Assembly: GCA_964490245.1 (NCBI GenBank)
Contig: CAZBAF010000002.1
Location: forward strand, 2,456-66,455
Reading direction: 5' to 3'
Origin: an uncultured Candidatus Saccharibacteria bacterium
GTDB lineage: Bacteria > Patescibacteriota > Saccharimonadia > Saccharimonadales > JACDBH01
DNA: 64,000 nucleotides
The notes beneath the pieces were generated by a model. It was given only the letters and a program-made list of their open reading frames with translations. It made no database searches and was not told the origin of the DNA. Every line of letters begins with the position of its first letter. Position 1 is the first letter of the stretch. This document shows positions 1 to 8,333 of the stretch, one piece after another. The translations under genes and the position numbers were made by a program.

Positions 1-522
1 ATGATGGTGACGCTTGACGGGTATTTTGAGGGCAAGGACCACGACATTTCATGGCACAATACTGACGAAGAGTTTATAGAATTTTCCGACAAACAGCTGG
101 ACGAGGTTGATACCCTTGTATTTGGCCGCAAAACCTACGAAATGATGGCTGATTTTTGGCCGGCGCAGCAGGCTCAGGATGCCGAACACAGCACGGCCAC
201 CCGCATGAATAGACTGCAAAAAGTGGTGTTTTCGCGCAATCCGCTCGACGTCACCTGGCAAAACACCGCGGTCTCTCACGATCTTGAAGCAAAGATCAAA
301 GAACTGAAGTCACAGACCGGCAAGGATATCGCCGTACTGGGCAGCTCGCATCTGGGCAAGGAACTGATCGAAGCCGGGCTTTTGGATGAGCTAAGACTTA
401 TGGTTAATCCGGTGTTTATTGGCGGCGGCTCGCCCCTGTTCGAAGGACTCACCAAAAATTTGCAACTTAAAAGCACCCGCACTTTCCAAAACGGTAACGT
501 ACTTTTAACCTACACCATCTAA
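1..522 (+). CDS. dihydrofolate reductase family protein (RibD C-terminal domain type)
   Basis: 173-aa track ORF. The blocks LVFGRKTYEMMADFWP and IAVLGSSHLGKELIEAGLLDELRLMVNPVFIGGG are recalled from RibD_C/YwjB-like reductases. The ORF touches the window edge, so the true start may lie upstream. Confidence 0.7.
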   Translation: MMVTLDGYFEGKDHDISWHNTDEEFIEFSDKQLDEVDTLVFGRKTYEMMADFWPAQQAQDAEHSTATRMNRLQKVVFSRNPLDVTWQNTAVSHDLEAKIKELKSQTGKDIAVLGSSHLGKELIEAGLLDELRLMVNPVFIGGGSPLFEGLTKNLQLKSTRTFQNGNVLLTYTI

Positions 523-609
523 GCAGGTTAAGGTTACAGCTGAAGACCCTTACGCACAGCGCGCTGTAATTTTAAAGTCCTGACTTACATAATTTGCTAT
601 GATGAATCT

Positions 610-981
610 ATGAAACCAACAACCGTTGACGAATATATTAACGGCTTTTCTGGCGATAAAAAGACCAGGTTATTAGAGCTGCGCAAGATCGTCCAAGCAT
701 CCCTGCCCAATACACAGGAGGCTATCAAGTGGGGCGATCCGGCAGTACTGGACCAGGACGGCATGATTCTGGCATCTTATGGCGCTTTTAAAAACCACAT
801 GAATCTGGTCGTCACCCCCAGCACAAAGCAGGCCTTTGAACCCCGACTAACCGAATACACAACCGGCAAAGGCTCGGTGCAGTTGCCCTACGACAAGCCG
901 CTGCCCGCCGATTTGATTAAAGAGATACTTGCCTACCGTCTGAACGAATATCGGACTTCGGGCGTCAAGTGGATATCATAA
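610..981 (+). CDS. DUF1801 (YdhG-like) domain protein
   Basis: 123-aa ORF. TVDEYINGF...RLLELRKIV and the AIKWG.P pattern are typical of DUF1801 by recall. Confidence 0.6.
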   Translation: MKPTTVDEYINGFSGDKKTRLLELRKIVQASLPNTQEAIKWGDPAVLDQDGMILASYGAFKNHMNLVVTPSTKQAFEPRLTEYTTGKGSVQLPYDKPLPADLIKEILAYRLNEYRTSGVKWIS

Positions 982-1092
982 AACACTGCATCATAAAGCA
1001 CGAGGCAGCACTAGACCCGGCATTGCAGTGATGGGCTTAATTATATAAGCCACGACGAACACAGACTTGCGGCCGGCCCGTATACTAATAGT

Positions 1093-1542
1093 ATGGCTAA
1101 AAAACCACGGCCATCACACTCGGCAGAAGAGTTTGGGCTCGACGTCTTATCGGGGGAGGCCGATATGTTTAAATGGTTTTTGCTTTGCTATTTGTTTGGC
1201 AAGCCGATCCGGTCTGACACAGCAGTCGACACCTGGCGATTGTTCCTCAAAAAGGGCTTTGATAATCCGATGGTAATTGCCGCAGCGCAAGAGCATGAAC
1301 TGGTGCGCGCACTTAACCGCGGCGGCTACACCCGCTACCAGCATGTGACCGCGCGCGGCCTGCAGACCTGCATGGACCAGCTGATCCGCGGATACGAGGG
1401 TTCGCTGTTTTTAATGCTGGAAAACAGCGCCAATGAGGACGAGTTTGCAAAAAGACTTAAAGAGCTTTTCGGAGTCGGCCCAAAGGTGGCCGAAATCTTC
1501 ATGCGTGAGACAGCAGAACTTTTCGCGCGCCGGGCCGAGTAG
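1093..1542 (+). CDS. hypothetical protein with helix-hairpin-helix-like C-terminus
   Basis: 149-aa ORF. LKELFGVGPKVAEIFMRE resembles an HhH DNA-binding motif. No function can be assigned. Confidence 0.45.
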   Translation: MAKKPRPSHSAEEFGLDVLSGEADMFKWFLLCYLFGKPIRSDTAVDTWRLFLKKGFDNPMVIAAAQEHELVRALNRGGYTRYQHVTARGLQTCMDQLIRGYEGSLFLMLENSANEDEFAKRLKELFGVGPKVAEIFMRETAELFARRAE

Positions 1543-1588
1543 CTTGTTATACTAAACGCAACGCTAAAATTAGGTAAAGGAGATACTC

Positions 1589-1966
1589 ATGGCAGACAAA
1601 GTAAGTTGGTTTGAACTACCCGCAGACGACACCGCACGGGCGGGAAAATTCTATGCCGATGTGTTTGGCTGGGCCACGTCTGACATGGGCGGCGGCAGCC
1701 TGATGGTAACAAGCGTCGATGCCGACGAACAGGGCGTGCCAAGCGAACCGGGCGTTATTAACGGTGACATTTCGCCGCGCAGCCAGGCCTTTGACAAGCC
1801 GCTGATCGTTATCACGGTTGAGGACATAGATGCCAAGATAAAAATGGTCGAAGCAGCCGGCGGCAAAGTCGCCCTGCCGCCCACCCAGCCAGAGGGAGCG
1901 AGTATGATCTGGGCCATCGTGACGGACACCGAGGGCAATAACGTCGGCATCCTCCAGAATCTCTAG
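1589..1966 (+). CDS. VOC (glyoxalase/bleomycin-resistance fold) family protein
   Basis: 125-aa ORF preceded by an AAGGAGA SD. WFELPADD..AGKFYADVFGW and TDTEGNNVGILQ are classic VOC-family termini. Confidence 0.75.
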   Translation: MADKVSWFELPADDTARAGKFYADVFGWATSDMGGGSLMVTSVDADEQGVPSEPGVINGDISPRSQAFDKPLIVITVEDIDAKIKMVEAAGGKVALPPTQPEGASMIWAIVTDTEGNNVGILQNL

Positions 1967-2012
1967 CGGCTGTTCAGACATCTTCAAAAACAGCTCCGGA
2001 CAACTTGGACCC

Positions 2013-2555
2013 TTATGTATCTGCGACTGCAATATCTTCGGGCCCGACATCATACGCCAACATTACCTCGGGGCGGTGGTAGCTGCCATCATATTCTTCG
2101 AGCGGCACCAGCCGCTTCCAGTACGCCGCCGCCAGCTTATGTGCGCCGGCCGTGTCACCTTGCAGCAGACATTCTTTAACACCGTCGTACGTATCAAGAT
2201 CGCTCACAAAGCCGCCGCCCGGCCGAGGCGTGACTTTAAGCAATATGTACCCCGGATCTTGAGAAATATTGTCCGGACTTTTGCGCATGCCAGAGGTGAT
2301 ATCTGCCACTTTACCATCCTCAGCCATATAGCAATAAATGTTTGTCTGCCGGTCTACGCCCAGGCTGATAAGCTCCTTCGAGCGAAAGCTGTTTAAGAAC
2401 TTATCGGTTTTATTGATGGCCTTATCGCGCTTGCCGCCGCCCGAACCCTGGGACAGGCCGTTAGCCAATACGCTGCCGAGCTTATCCCGTTCAACTTCGT
2501 GATACAAAACCATAAACCTATTGTAGCCTACCCTCAAGCCGAAATTTGTAAGCAA
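2013..2555 (-). CDS. hypothetical protein
   Basis: 180-aa ORF with no better overlapping ORF. The start may be the internal Met at 2513 (MVLYHEVERDK...). No family recognised. Confidence 0.5.
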   Translation of the reverse strand: MLTNFGLRVGYNRFMVLYHEVERDKLGSVLANGLSQGSGGGKRDKAINKTDKFLNSFRSKELISLGVDRQTNIYCYMAEDGKVADITSGMRKSPDNISQDPGYILLKVTPRPGGGFVSDLDTYDGVKECLLQGDTAGAHKLAAAYWKRLVPLEEYDGSYHRPEVMLAYDVGPEDIAVADT

Positions 2556-2612
2556 ACGTCCTCACATAAAAATTTTATTGAGCTGCAGCCAAACCTCTGC
2601 TAACCTGACGCC

Positions 2613-3086
2613 ATGAAGCAACAGCGCTACACCATGCTTAACCGATCAGCGACCCTGATCCTGCGGGTGGCCCTTGTCGCCTTGTCGGCGATTGTACTGG
2701 CATTATACATATTCGCTTTGCCTGCCATGTGGAGAGGCGTCTCTGCCGAGTATCCGGACATAACCTTCGTCTTCTACGGCATTATTGCTGCACTTTATGC
2801 AGCTGCGCTGCCGTTTTTCTACGCGCTTTATCAGGCTATGATAGTCATCAATCTTATCGATACAAATAATGCTTTCTCAAAACGCTCTGTTAAGGCACTC
2901 AAAAACATTACGCTGAGCGGCGTCGTGATCAGCCTGATCTTTGCCGCTACTTTACCGCTGCTTTACGTGTGGGCTCAACACGATGATGCCCCGGGCCTTA
3001 TTGTTATAGGCATGCTGTTTACCGGAGCCTCTCTTACCGTATCGGCTTTTGCGGCTGTTTTGGAACGGCTGTTCCGGCTTCGTTAA
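2613..3086 (+). CDS. DUF2975-like integral membrane protein
   Basis: 157-aa ORF with four hydrophobic helices. The NAFSKRSVKALKNI segment between helices is as in DUF2975 proteins. Confidence 0.55.
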   Translation: MKQQRYTMLNRSATLILRVALVALSAIVLALYIFALPAMWRGVSAEYPDITFVFYGIIAALYAAALPFFYALYQAMIVINLIDTNNAFSKRSVKALKNITLSGVVISLIFAATLPLLYVWAQHDDAPGLIVIGMLFTGASLTVSAFAAVLERLFRLR

Positions 3087-3152
3087 TCTGAATTTTGTCT
3101 ATTTCACACACTTTTGCGGCATGTCTCTGCACGCACCGCGCTATTCTGATGT

Positions 3153-4814
3153 CTACGGTTTTGCCGCTCCCTGCAAACGCTCCAGTAATTGCACGGCCTC
3201 CGCTTCATCCATAATGCGCGTCTGCAGATCGCGGTCATAAACTGTCGGCGTCAATCTGGTCTGCACCAACATACTGTCAACAAAATAGTGGGTCAGAATA
3301 ATGCCCCGCTCTGTGCCCGGCCATTGCACCTGATCAAAATACATATTACCCAGACCGTAGTAAATCGGCTTGCCGTTATAAAGCTCGTACGTCTGCGGCT
3401 GGTGTGCCGAAGTGCCCACCACCATATCGGCACCCATGTCGATCACCTGCCGAAAAACCTCTGCCTGATTGGGGATAGGGGCATCGCACTGCGGATACTC
3501 GACGTAGCCGGCGGGATAGGCGTAACATTCATAAAACTGGATATCAACAATGACAAAACTATTGCCGGCTTTGGCCGCTTCTATGTCGGTTTTAACCTGT
3601 TCAAGATTAAAGCCATTGGCGCCCGCACTGTCGGGCCCAGCCAGCGCACCGCTGCCCGGACCATCGGCATAATTATAACCCAGCAACGTCAGGCTGCTGC
3701 CTTTTTGCTGCGCCACAAACGGCTTGGCGGCCTCAACGGCATTAAGACCGCCGCCAAAGGTATTCCAGCCTAAACTATGGTACAGCTCTATTGAAGCAGC
3801 GTTATATTCTGCCCCATAGTCATTGTTGTGATTGCCGGTCAGCTCAACCACGTCCACACCGCTGCTTTTAAGCACCTCAATCATCTCGGGCGGCGCACAA
3901 AAGCGGATTTCATGCAGGGCGCAGTTTGGCATAAACGATACCTCGTTCGAAACGTGTGTAATGTCAGCCGCCGCCAAAAAATCGCCAATCTTTTCACTAA
4001 AATAAGTCGCGTCAGGCACCGATCGGAGCCTAACCATCATGGCGCGCGTCAGCGCCGTAACACCTGTTTGCTTAAAGCTCAGCACCCTGTCTTTGCCGGG
4101 CAGATTATTGAGCTTAAGATCGGCAAAAACCCCGGCATCATCGCCCTCAAAAACCGCCTGCCTAAACAGCGCGCCGCTAGTAAACGAATCCAGATAATAA
4201 TCACCGTTCAGCTGCAATAACTTGAGCCTGCTGTTCAGCCGGTGCGCCGGTATAAGCGCCACCTGGTCAGCCCCAATCTCTTCCACCGGCCCTTCCAGCA
4301 CCCCTATGGTAGCAGCCTGTCTGTCCAGCGCCTCGGCAATACCGGTTTTTACTTTTTGGTCAACATCAACGGGCAGCAGCAGCTCTAGTTCTGACAGCTC
4401 GGCTTCCGTAACGCTCTGGCGGGAGGCGCTGGACGCCGTAACCGGCACATACGCCATCAACAGCGGCGCGTTATCGGCCGTCAGGCTTGTGCCAGCCCGT
4501 ACCTGCACATCACCCCCGATTGATTTTTGCTGCTCGGCAACCGCGCGCGTAATAATATCTTTCTCGCTTTCAGTCAGCGTATCTGCAAATTGCAGCCGGT
4601 TAGCCGCCTGGCCGCCTGCATTGTTACGCGCAAGAAGATAGACGGCCCCACCTGCCACAAGCACAATAAGCACAGCGGCCACAAGCATCCACAGCCTGCC
4701 GGGTCGCGGCCTTACACCATCTGACCGATACACACTCCCACGCATACTAATAGTGTACCATCCCGGCAGCAGTCCCCGGACATGCCGAACACACCTCAAA
4801 AAGTAACCGCCCAT
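3153..4814 (-). CDS. CapA family (metallophosphatase-like, poly-gamma-glutamate capsule synthesis type) membrane-anchored protein
   Basis: 553-aa ORF with an N-terminal TM helix (LWMLVAAVLIVLVAGGAVYLL). CapA-type blocks are HVSNEVSF, ELTGNHNNDYG and VVGTSAHQPQ. The start is uncertain; an alternative Met lies at 4745. Confidence 0.8.
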   Translation of the reverse strand: MGGYFLRCVRHVRGLLPGWYTISMRGSVYRSDGVRPRPGRLWMLVAAVLIVLVAGGAVYLLARNNAGGQAANRLQFADTLTESEKDIITRAVAEQQKSIGGDVQVRAGTSLTADNAPLLMAYVPVTASSASRQSVTEAELSELELLLPVDVDQKVKTGIAEALDRQAATIGVLEGPVEEIGADQVALIPAHRLNSRLKLLQLNGDYYLDSFTSGALFRQAVFEGDDAGVFADLKLNNLPGKDRVLSFKQTGVTALTRAMMVRLRSVPDATYFSEKIGDFLAAADITHVSNEVSFMPNCALHEIRFCAPPEMIEVLKSSGVDVVELTGNHNNDYGAEYNAASIELYHSLGWNTFGGGLNAVEAAKPFVAQQKGSSLTLLGYNYADGPGSGALAGPDSAGANGFNLEQVKTDIEAAKAGNSFVIVDIQFYECYAYPAGYVEYPQCDAPIPNQAEVFRQVIDMGADMVVGTSAHQPQTYELYNGKPIYYGLGNMYFDQVQWPGTERGIILTHYFVDSMLVQTRLTPTVYDRDLQTRIMDEAEAVQLLERLQGAAKP

Positions 4815-4852
4815 ATCCTTAACAGAGGTTTTTTGATAAAATAGTCCGGAAT

Positions 4853-4926
4853 GGCGCCGTGGCCGAGGGGTTAGGCAGAGCTCTGCAAAAGCTCGTACAG
4901 CGGTTCAAGTCCGCTCGGTGCCTCCA
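4853..4926 (+). tRNA. tRNA-Cys (GCA)
   Basis: Hand-folded cloverleaf. Acceptor GGCGCCG/CGGTGCC, anticodon stem GAGCT/AGCTC with loop CTGCAAA, T arm AGCGG-TTCAAGT-CCGCT, encoded CCA. Confidence 0.85.
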
Positions 4927-4968
4927 TATCACTCTATAAGAAGTGTCTCTTTGCAATCATTGTTTAAT

Positions 4969-5053
4969 GGGCGAGTGCTGGAATGGTAGACAGTCAGCAC
5001 TTAAAATGCTGTGGCCAAAAGCCGTGTGGGTTCAAGTCCCACCTCGCCCACCA
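4969..5053 (+). tRNA. tRNA-Leu (TAA)
   Basis: Acceptor GGGCGAG/CTCGCCC, anticodon stem CAGCA/TGCTG with loop CTTAAAA, long variable arm, T loop TTCAAGT, encoded CCA. Confidence 0.9.
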
Positions 5054-5084
5054 CGGTTATTTATGCTATAATGGCCCCTGTTTT

Positions 5085-5170
5085 GCGCGAGTGGCGGAAT
5101 GGTAGACGCGCTACTTTGAGGTGGTAGTGGGAGCAATCCTGTGGAGGTTCAAGTCCTCTCTCGCGCACCA
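5085..5170 (+). tRNA. tRNA-Leu (GAG)
   Basis: Acceptor GCGCGAG/CTCGCGC, anticodon stem CTACT/GGTAG with loop TTGAGGT, long variable arm, T arm GGAGG-TTCAAGT-CCTCT, encoded CCA. Confidence 0.85.
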
Positions 5171-5182
5171 TATTTGTACATA

Positions 5183-5208
5183 AGTCCAGTTTTTTTACTG
5201 GACTTTTT
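5183..5208 (+). terminator. rho-independent terminator after the tRNA cluster
   Basis: Stem AGTCCAGT / ACTGGACT with a T6 loop, followed by a T run. Confidence 0.6.
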
Positions 5209-5331
5209 GCTTGCCACTGAGCCTTGAACCTTAGCGCTAACCAACCAGAGAATGCGTATACAGATTCAGAGAAACACTTCAAGCAGAAATGCTTCTCTAG
5301 CGTGAACTCAGAGTGCCACTGGCACTCTTCG

Positions 5332-5393
5332 GGTTCAAGTCCTCTCATCCGCACCAGATAAAAACACCAAGCCGAAAGGTTTGGTGTTTTTAT
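5332..5393 (+). repeat. 62-bp copy of the 3' 25 nt of tRNA-Leu(CAG) plus its terminator hairpin (tRNA fragment)
   Basis: Identical by eye to 8030-8091 (GGTTCAAGTCCTCTCATCCGCACCAGATAAAAACACCAAGCCGAAAGGTTTGGTGTTTTTAT). No complementary 5' acceptor strand (GCGGATG) lies upstream, so it is not a functional tRNA. Confidence 0.85.
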
Positions 5394-5514
5394 ATTTAAT
5401 GGCAGCAACCCAGCCCTGTGGCCGTATTATTGTCCTGTTTTACTTAACGTAACCCGTCCACGTTCTAGTTCGTGCATCACGGCAGAACATATAAACCCCT
5501 AAAGGTCCTTTATT

Positions 5515-6153
5515 CTAATTGATGACGATGGTTTTTATGAATGCCGGGAGAGAACTTTCAATCTTTTGGACGGTCCATTCTTTATCGCCTTCACAAACGG
5601 TGTCGCCGCAAAGCGCCGGCAGGGATAGCTGATATACCTGGTTATTCTTTAACACCAGTACCCTGTACTGCCCGTCACCGCCGTCACCGGTCACATAGGT
5701 GGCGGTAGGATGGACGCCTTCAACTTTTGATTCGCTGTTTTTTACGAGGTTTGAGTCCCGTACGATACTTGGATTCCCGCTGTTGTCCATGTCAATTGTC
5801 TGCCATGCCTGGGCAGAGGTTGAATACCGCACCCAAACCGGCGCACCGTATCCCACAGGAATATTCTCGTCTGCAGCAAACTTCTCAACCTCAACCCCTT
5901 GCTGCCATCCCGCCGGAACCGCAAACTCAACACCTTCGGCGGATTTTTCTTCCCAGCCGGCAGGTATCTCCGGCTTGAATGCATTACCAGCCTGCTGTTT
6001 GTTTTGGCTAACGTTCGTCTGAGTTGCCTGGTTATTGCTGGAATCTGATTTCTGTCTGTCCCACACCAGCCAACCGACCGCAGCGACCAGCCCCAACAGC
6101 ACAATCACGACCAGCAGCTCTACGGTGCTGAAGCCTTTTTGATGTTTACGTAT
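5515..6153 (-). CDS. type IV pilin / pseudopilin-like protein (prepilin-type N-terminal signal)
   Basis: The track ORF 5515-6108 begins at an internal GTG. The same frame read upstream gives (ATA)RKHQKG-FSTVELLVVIVLLGLVAAVGWLVW, i.e. a basic leader, G|F, Glu at +5 and a hydrophobic helix. An in-frame TAA lies at 6163-6165 and no ATG/GTG/TTG lies between it and the motif. An AAGGTGGG SD sits at 6157-6164 just before ATA 6151-6153. The start is therefore uncertain. Confidence 0.6.
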   Translation of the reverse strand: MRKHQKGFSTVELLVVIVLLGLVAAVGWLVWDRQKSDSSNNQATQTNVSQNKQQAGNAFKPEIPAGWEEKSAEGVEFAVPAGWQQGVEVEKFAADENIPVGYGAPVWVRYSTSAQAWQTIDMDNSGNPSIVRDSNLVKNSESKVEGVHPTATYVTGDGGDGQYRVLVLKNNQVYQLSLPALCGDTVCEGDKEWTVQKIESSLPAFIKTIVIN

Positions 6154-6171
6154 ATACCCACCTTAATTATA

Positions 6172-7809
6172 TTATGTTCGCGGCAAGTGATCATACAGGT
6201 GCGCCATGGTATATTCGCTGCGCAGCAGCGGCTTAAGACCCTCCAGATCAACACCGGTCTTAACGCCCGGGTTGAGCGTACCATGCGGGTCAAAAATGGC
6301 CTTTACCTGGCAAAACAGATCATACACTTCCTGGCCGTATACATACGGCAGATATGGTGCGCGCAGCCGCCCGTCGCCGTGCTCGGCAGTGGTCGAACCG
6401 CCTAAATCAATCACCAGTTTGTAATAATCGTTCATAAGCTTAAAGATCTTCTGCCGGTCGCCCAGCTGACCCAGATCAAGCATCGGCTGCATGTGCAGGT
6501 TGCCGTTACCGGCGTGACCCCACAATGCCACCTGCAGATGATGCTTTTCGAACAAGGTATAAATACTCTCGACATACTCGCCAAATTTGGCTGTGGGCAC
6601 AATGCCGTCCTCTACAATCGGCAGCGCCCGAATACCGCCCTCGTGATAGGCGGTGATTGCAGCTGCCGACTGACGAAGCTTCCAGATCTGCTCTTGCTGC
6701 TCGGGGCTGGACTCCAGACGACAGTCCGAGTTATAGCGTTCGAGGATTTTCTTTGCCTTTTTGACCATGCGCTTTTGCACCCGCGCGTTGGCGTCATCAA
6801 ACTCGATTAGTAGCATGAGTTTGCGGAAGGGCTTTTCGATCAGCCCCTTGAGCTGGTTGGGGTTGGTTTTGTCGATAAAGTTAAGCAGATTAATATCAAT
6901 CATCTCTAGTGCGCTGGGCAGCGCCGGCAGCTCGCGTATCTCTTGGATGGCTTTGGCAGCCTCTTCGATATCATCAAACGGCGCCAGGATAAGCGAGGTG
7001 TGCGGGTTAAAGCTTTCGGTCTCGACAATCGCCTCAGTCACAATCCCCAGCGTACCCTGCGAGCCCACAAACAGCGGCGTCAGGTCAAACGAGCCGTCCT
7101 TGCGCTTGATATCAATCAGATTATAACCGGCTGCATTCATGCGAATATCTTTGCGCGTCTGCTCGATCAATGACTTGTTTTCTTCGATTAGGGTATCCAG
7201 GGCACGGTACACTTCGCCCTCGAACGTATTCAGCCCCATCTTCTTGCCCAGTTCGCGCTTGCCGATGCGGCGCGACTCGATTACCTCGCCGTTAGCCAGC
7301 ACTACCCTCAGTGAGCGGACATAATCTCTCATCGAACCATATTTAATACTTTTTTCACCGCCGGCATTATTGCCGATAGCACCGCCAACCGTGCTGTATT
7401 CAAGCGAGGCCGGAAACGGCGGCAAAAAGCGGCCATGCGTATGCAGCGTCTGTTGCAGCTTGCCAAAGTTAAGCCCCGGCTGCAGAGCCACGCTGCCGCT
7501 CTTGGGGTCGAGTTCGAGCACCTTGTTCATGTGGGCCGGAAACACCATCATTACACCGCTGCCCAGCGCAGCACCAGACCGGTCCGTGCCCGACCCGCGC
7601 GCAGTAACAGGAATCACACGGCCGCGCTCGGCCAGCTGCCAGGTAAAGCGTGCTGTTTTGCGCACATCGTTTTCGTTGCGCGGATATACAACAATAGCCG
7701 GCGTAAGCGTAAATATGCTCGTATCCGTCGCAAAATAGCGACGTGCATCCGCGCTGGTTATGACTTCGCCGACAAGGTGTTCCTGCAGATAATGTGCAAC
7801 TTTACTCAT
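6172..7809 (-). CDS. FAD-binding oxidoreductase (GlcD / D-lactate dehydrogenase-like, FAD_binding_4 + FAD-oxidase_C)
   Basis: ARGSGTDRSGAALG, GYNLIDI, GSQGTLGIVTEA, GGSTTAEHGDGRLR and FDPHGTLNPG are characteristic blocks. The probable start is the Met at 7809 (MSKVAHYLQEHL...) rather than the track start 7926. Confidence 0.8.
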   Translation of the reverse strand: MSKVAHYLQEHLVGEVITSADARRYFATDTSIFTLTPAIVVYPRNENDVRKTARFTWQLAERGRVIPVTARGSGTDRSGAALGSGVMMVFPAHMNKVLELDPKSGSVALQPGLNFGKLQQTLHTHGRFLPPFPASLEYSTVGGAIGNNAGGEKSIKYGSMRDYVRSLRVVLANGEVIESRRIGKRELGKKMGLNTFEGEVYRALDTLIEENKSLIEQTRKDIRMNAAGYNLIDIKRKDGSFDLTPLFVGSQGTLGIVTEAIVETESFNPHTSLILAPFDDIEEAAKAIQEIRELPALPSALEMIDINLLNFIDKTNPNQLKGLIEKPFRKLMLLIEFDDANARVQKRMVKKAKKILERYNSDCRLESSPEQQEQIWKLRQSAAAITAYHEGGIRALPIVEDGIVPTAKFGEYVESIYTLFEKHHLQVALWGHAGNGNLHMQPMLDLGQLGDRQKIFKLMNDYYKLVIDLGGSTTAEHGDGRLRAPYLPYVYGQEVYDLFCQVKAIFDPHGTLNPGVKTGVDLEGLKPLLRSEYTMAHLYDHLPRT

Positions 7810-7966
7810 CTGAATATGCGTCTTCCTGGTAGAGTCTGCTCGTTTTAGCTGGTTTCTGGTAGCATCATAGCATAAACACTCGCAAATGTGGCCATCAAAA
7901 GAAAACAAAAAGTCCGCAATAGACATTTGCCAAAACGAGCAACACAGAGTACAATGACCTCTGTTC

Positions 7967-8054
7967 GCGGATGTGGCGGAATTGGTAGACGCGCTAGCTT
8001 CAGGAGCTAGTGAGCATTACGCTCGTGGAGGTTCAAGTCCTCTCATCCGCACCA
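7967..8054 (+). tRNA. tRNA-Leu (CAG)
   Basis: Acceptor GCGGATG/CATCCGC, anticodon stem CTAGC/GCTAG with loop TTCAGGA, long variable arm, T loop TTCAAGT, encoded CCA. Confidence 0.9.
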
Positions 8055-8091
8055 GATAAAAACACCAAGCCGAAAGGTTTGGTGTTTTTAT
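8030..8091 (+). repeat. second copy of the 62-bp repeat (tRNA-Leu(CAG) 3' end plus terminator hairpin AAAACACCAA/TTGGTGTTTT)
   Basis: Identical by eye to 5332-5393. Positions 8058-8091 also act as the rho-independent terminator of the tRNA. Confidence 0.85.
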
Positions 8092-8333
8092 CTAGTTCAC
8101 CACGTATGAACCTTAGCGCTCTACAAGCTGATAAGTCTGTACAGCTTCATTACACTAAACAAGCTGAGCAGATTTTTGAGGTTTTTATCTTTTTAGCGCT
8201 GTGCTATTGTTCTTATTATACATCTTAGCACACTTCATTGATTTTGTCAAGTACTTTTTACGTATACCCCTGTAAACTGACTCATTAAGCAGCTCATTTA
8301 GAGGGCATTGTGCCAAGATTTAATTAAGACAGG

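Noticed and set aside
5061-5408. 115-aa minus-strand ORF from the track
   Set aside because: It lies entirely antisense to tRNA-Leu(GAG), its terminator and the tRNA-fragment repeat. It has no SD or family features. I treat it as spurious.
5332-8091. Canonical tRNA-targeted integrative island
   Set aside because: The tRNA fragment lies upstream of the intact tRNA, the reverse of the usual order. No integrase or excisionase is present and the cargo is only two genes. I kept it as a recombination scar rather than a mobile element call.
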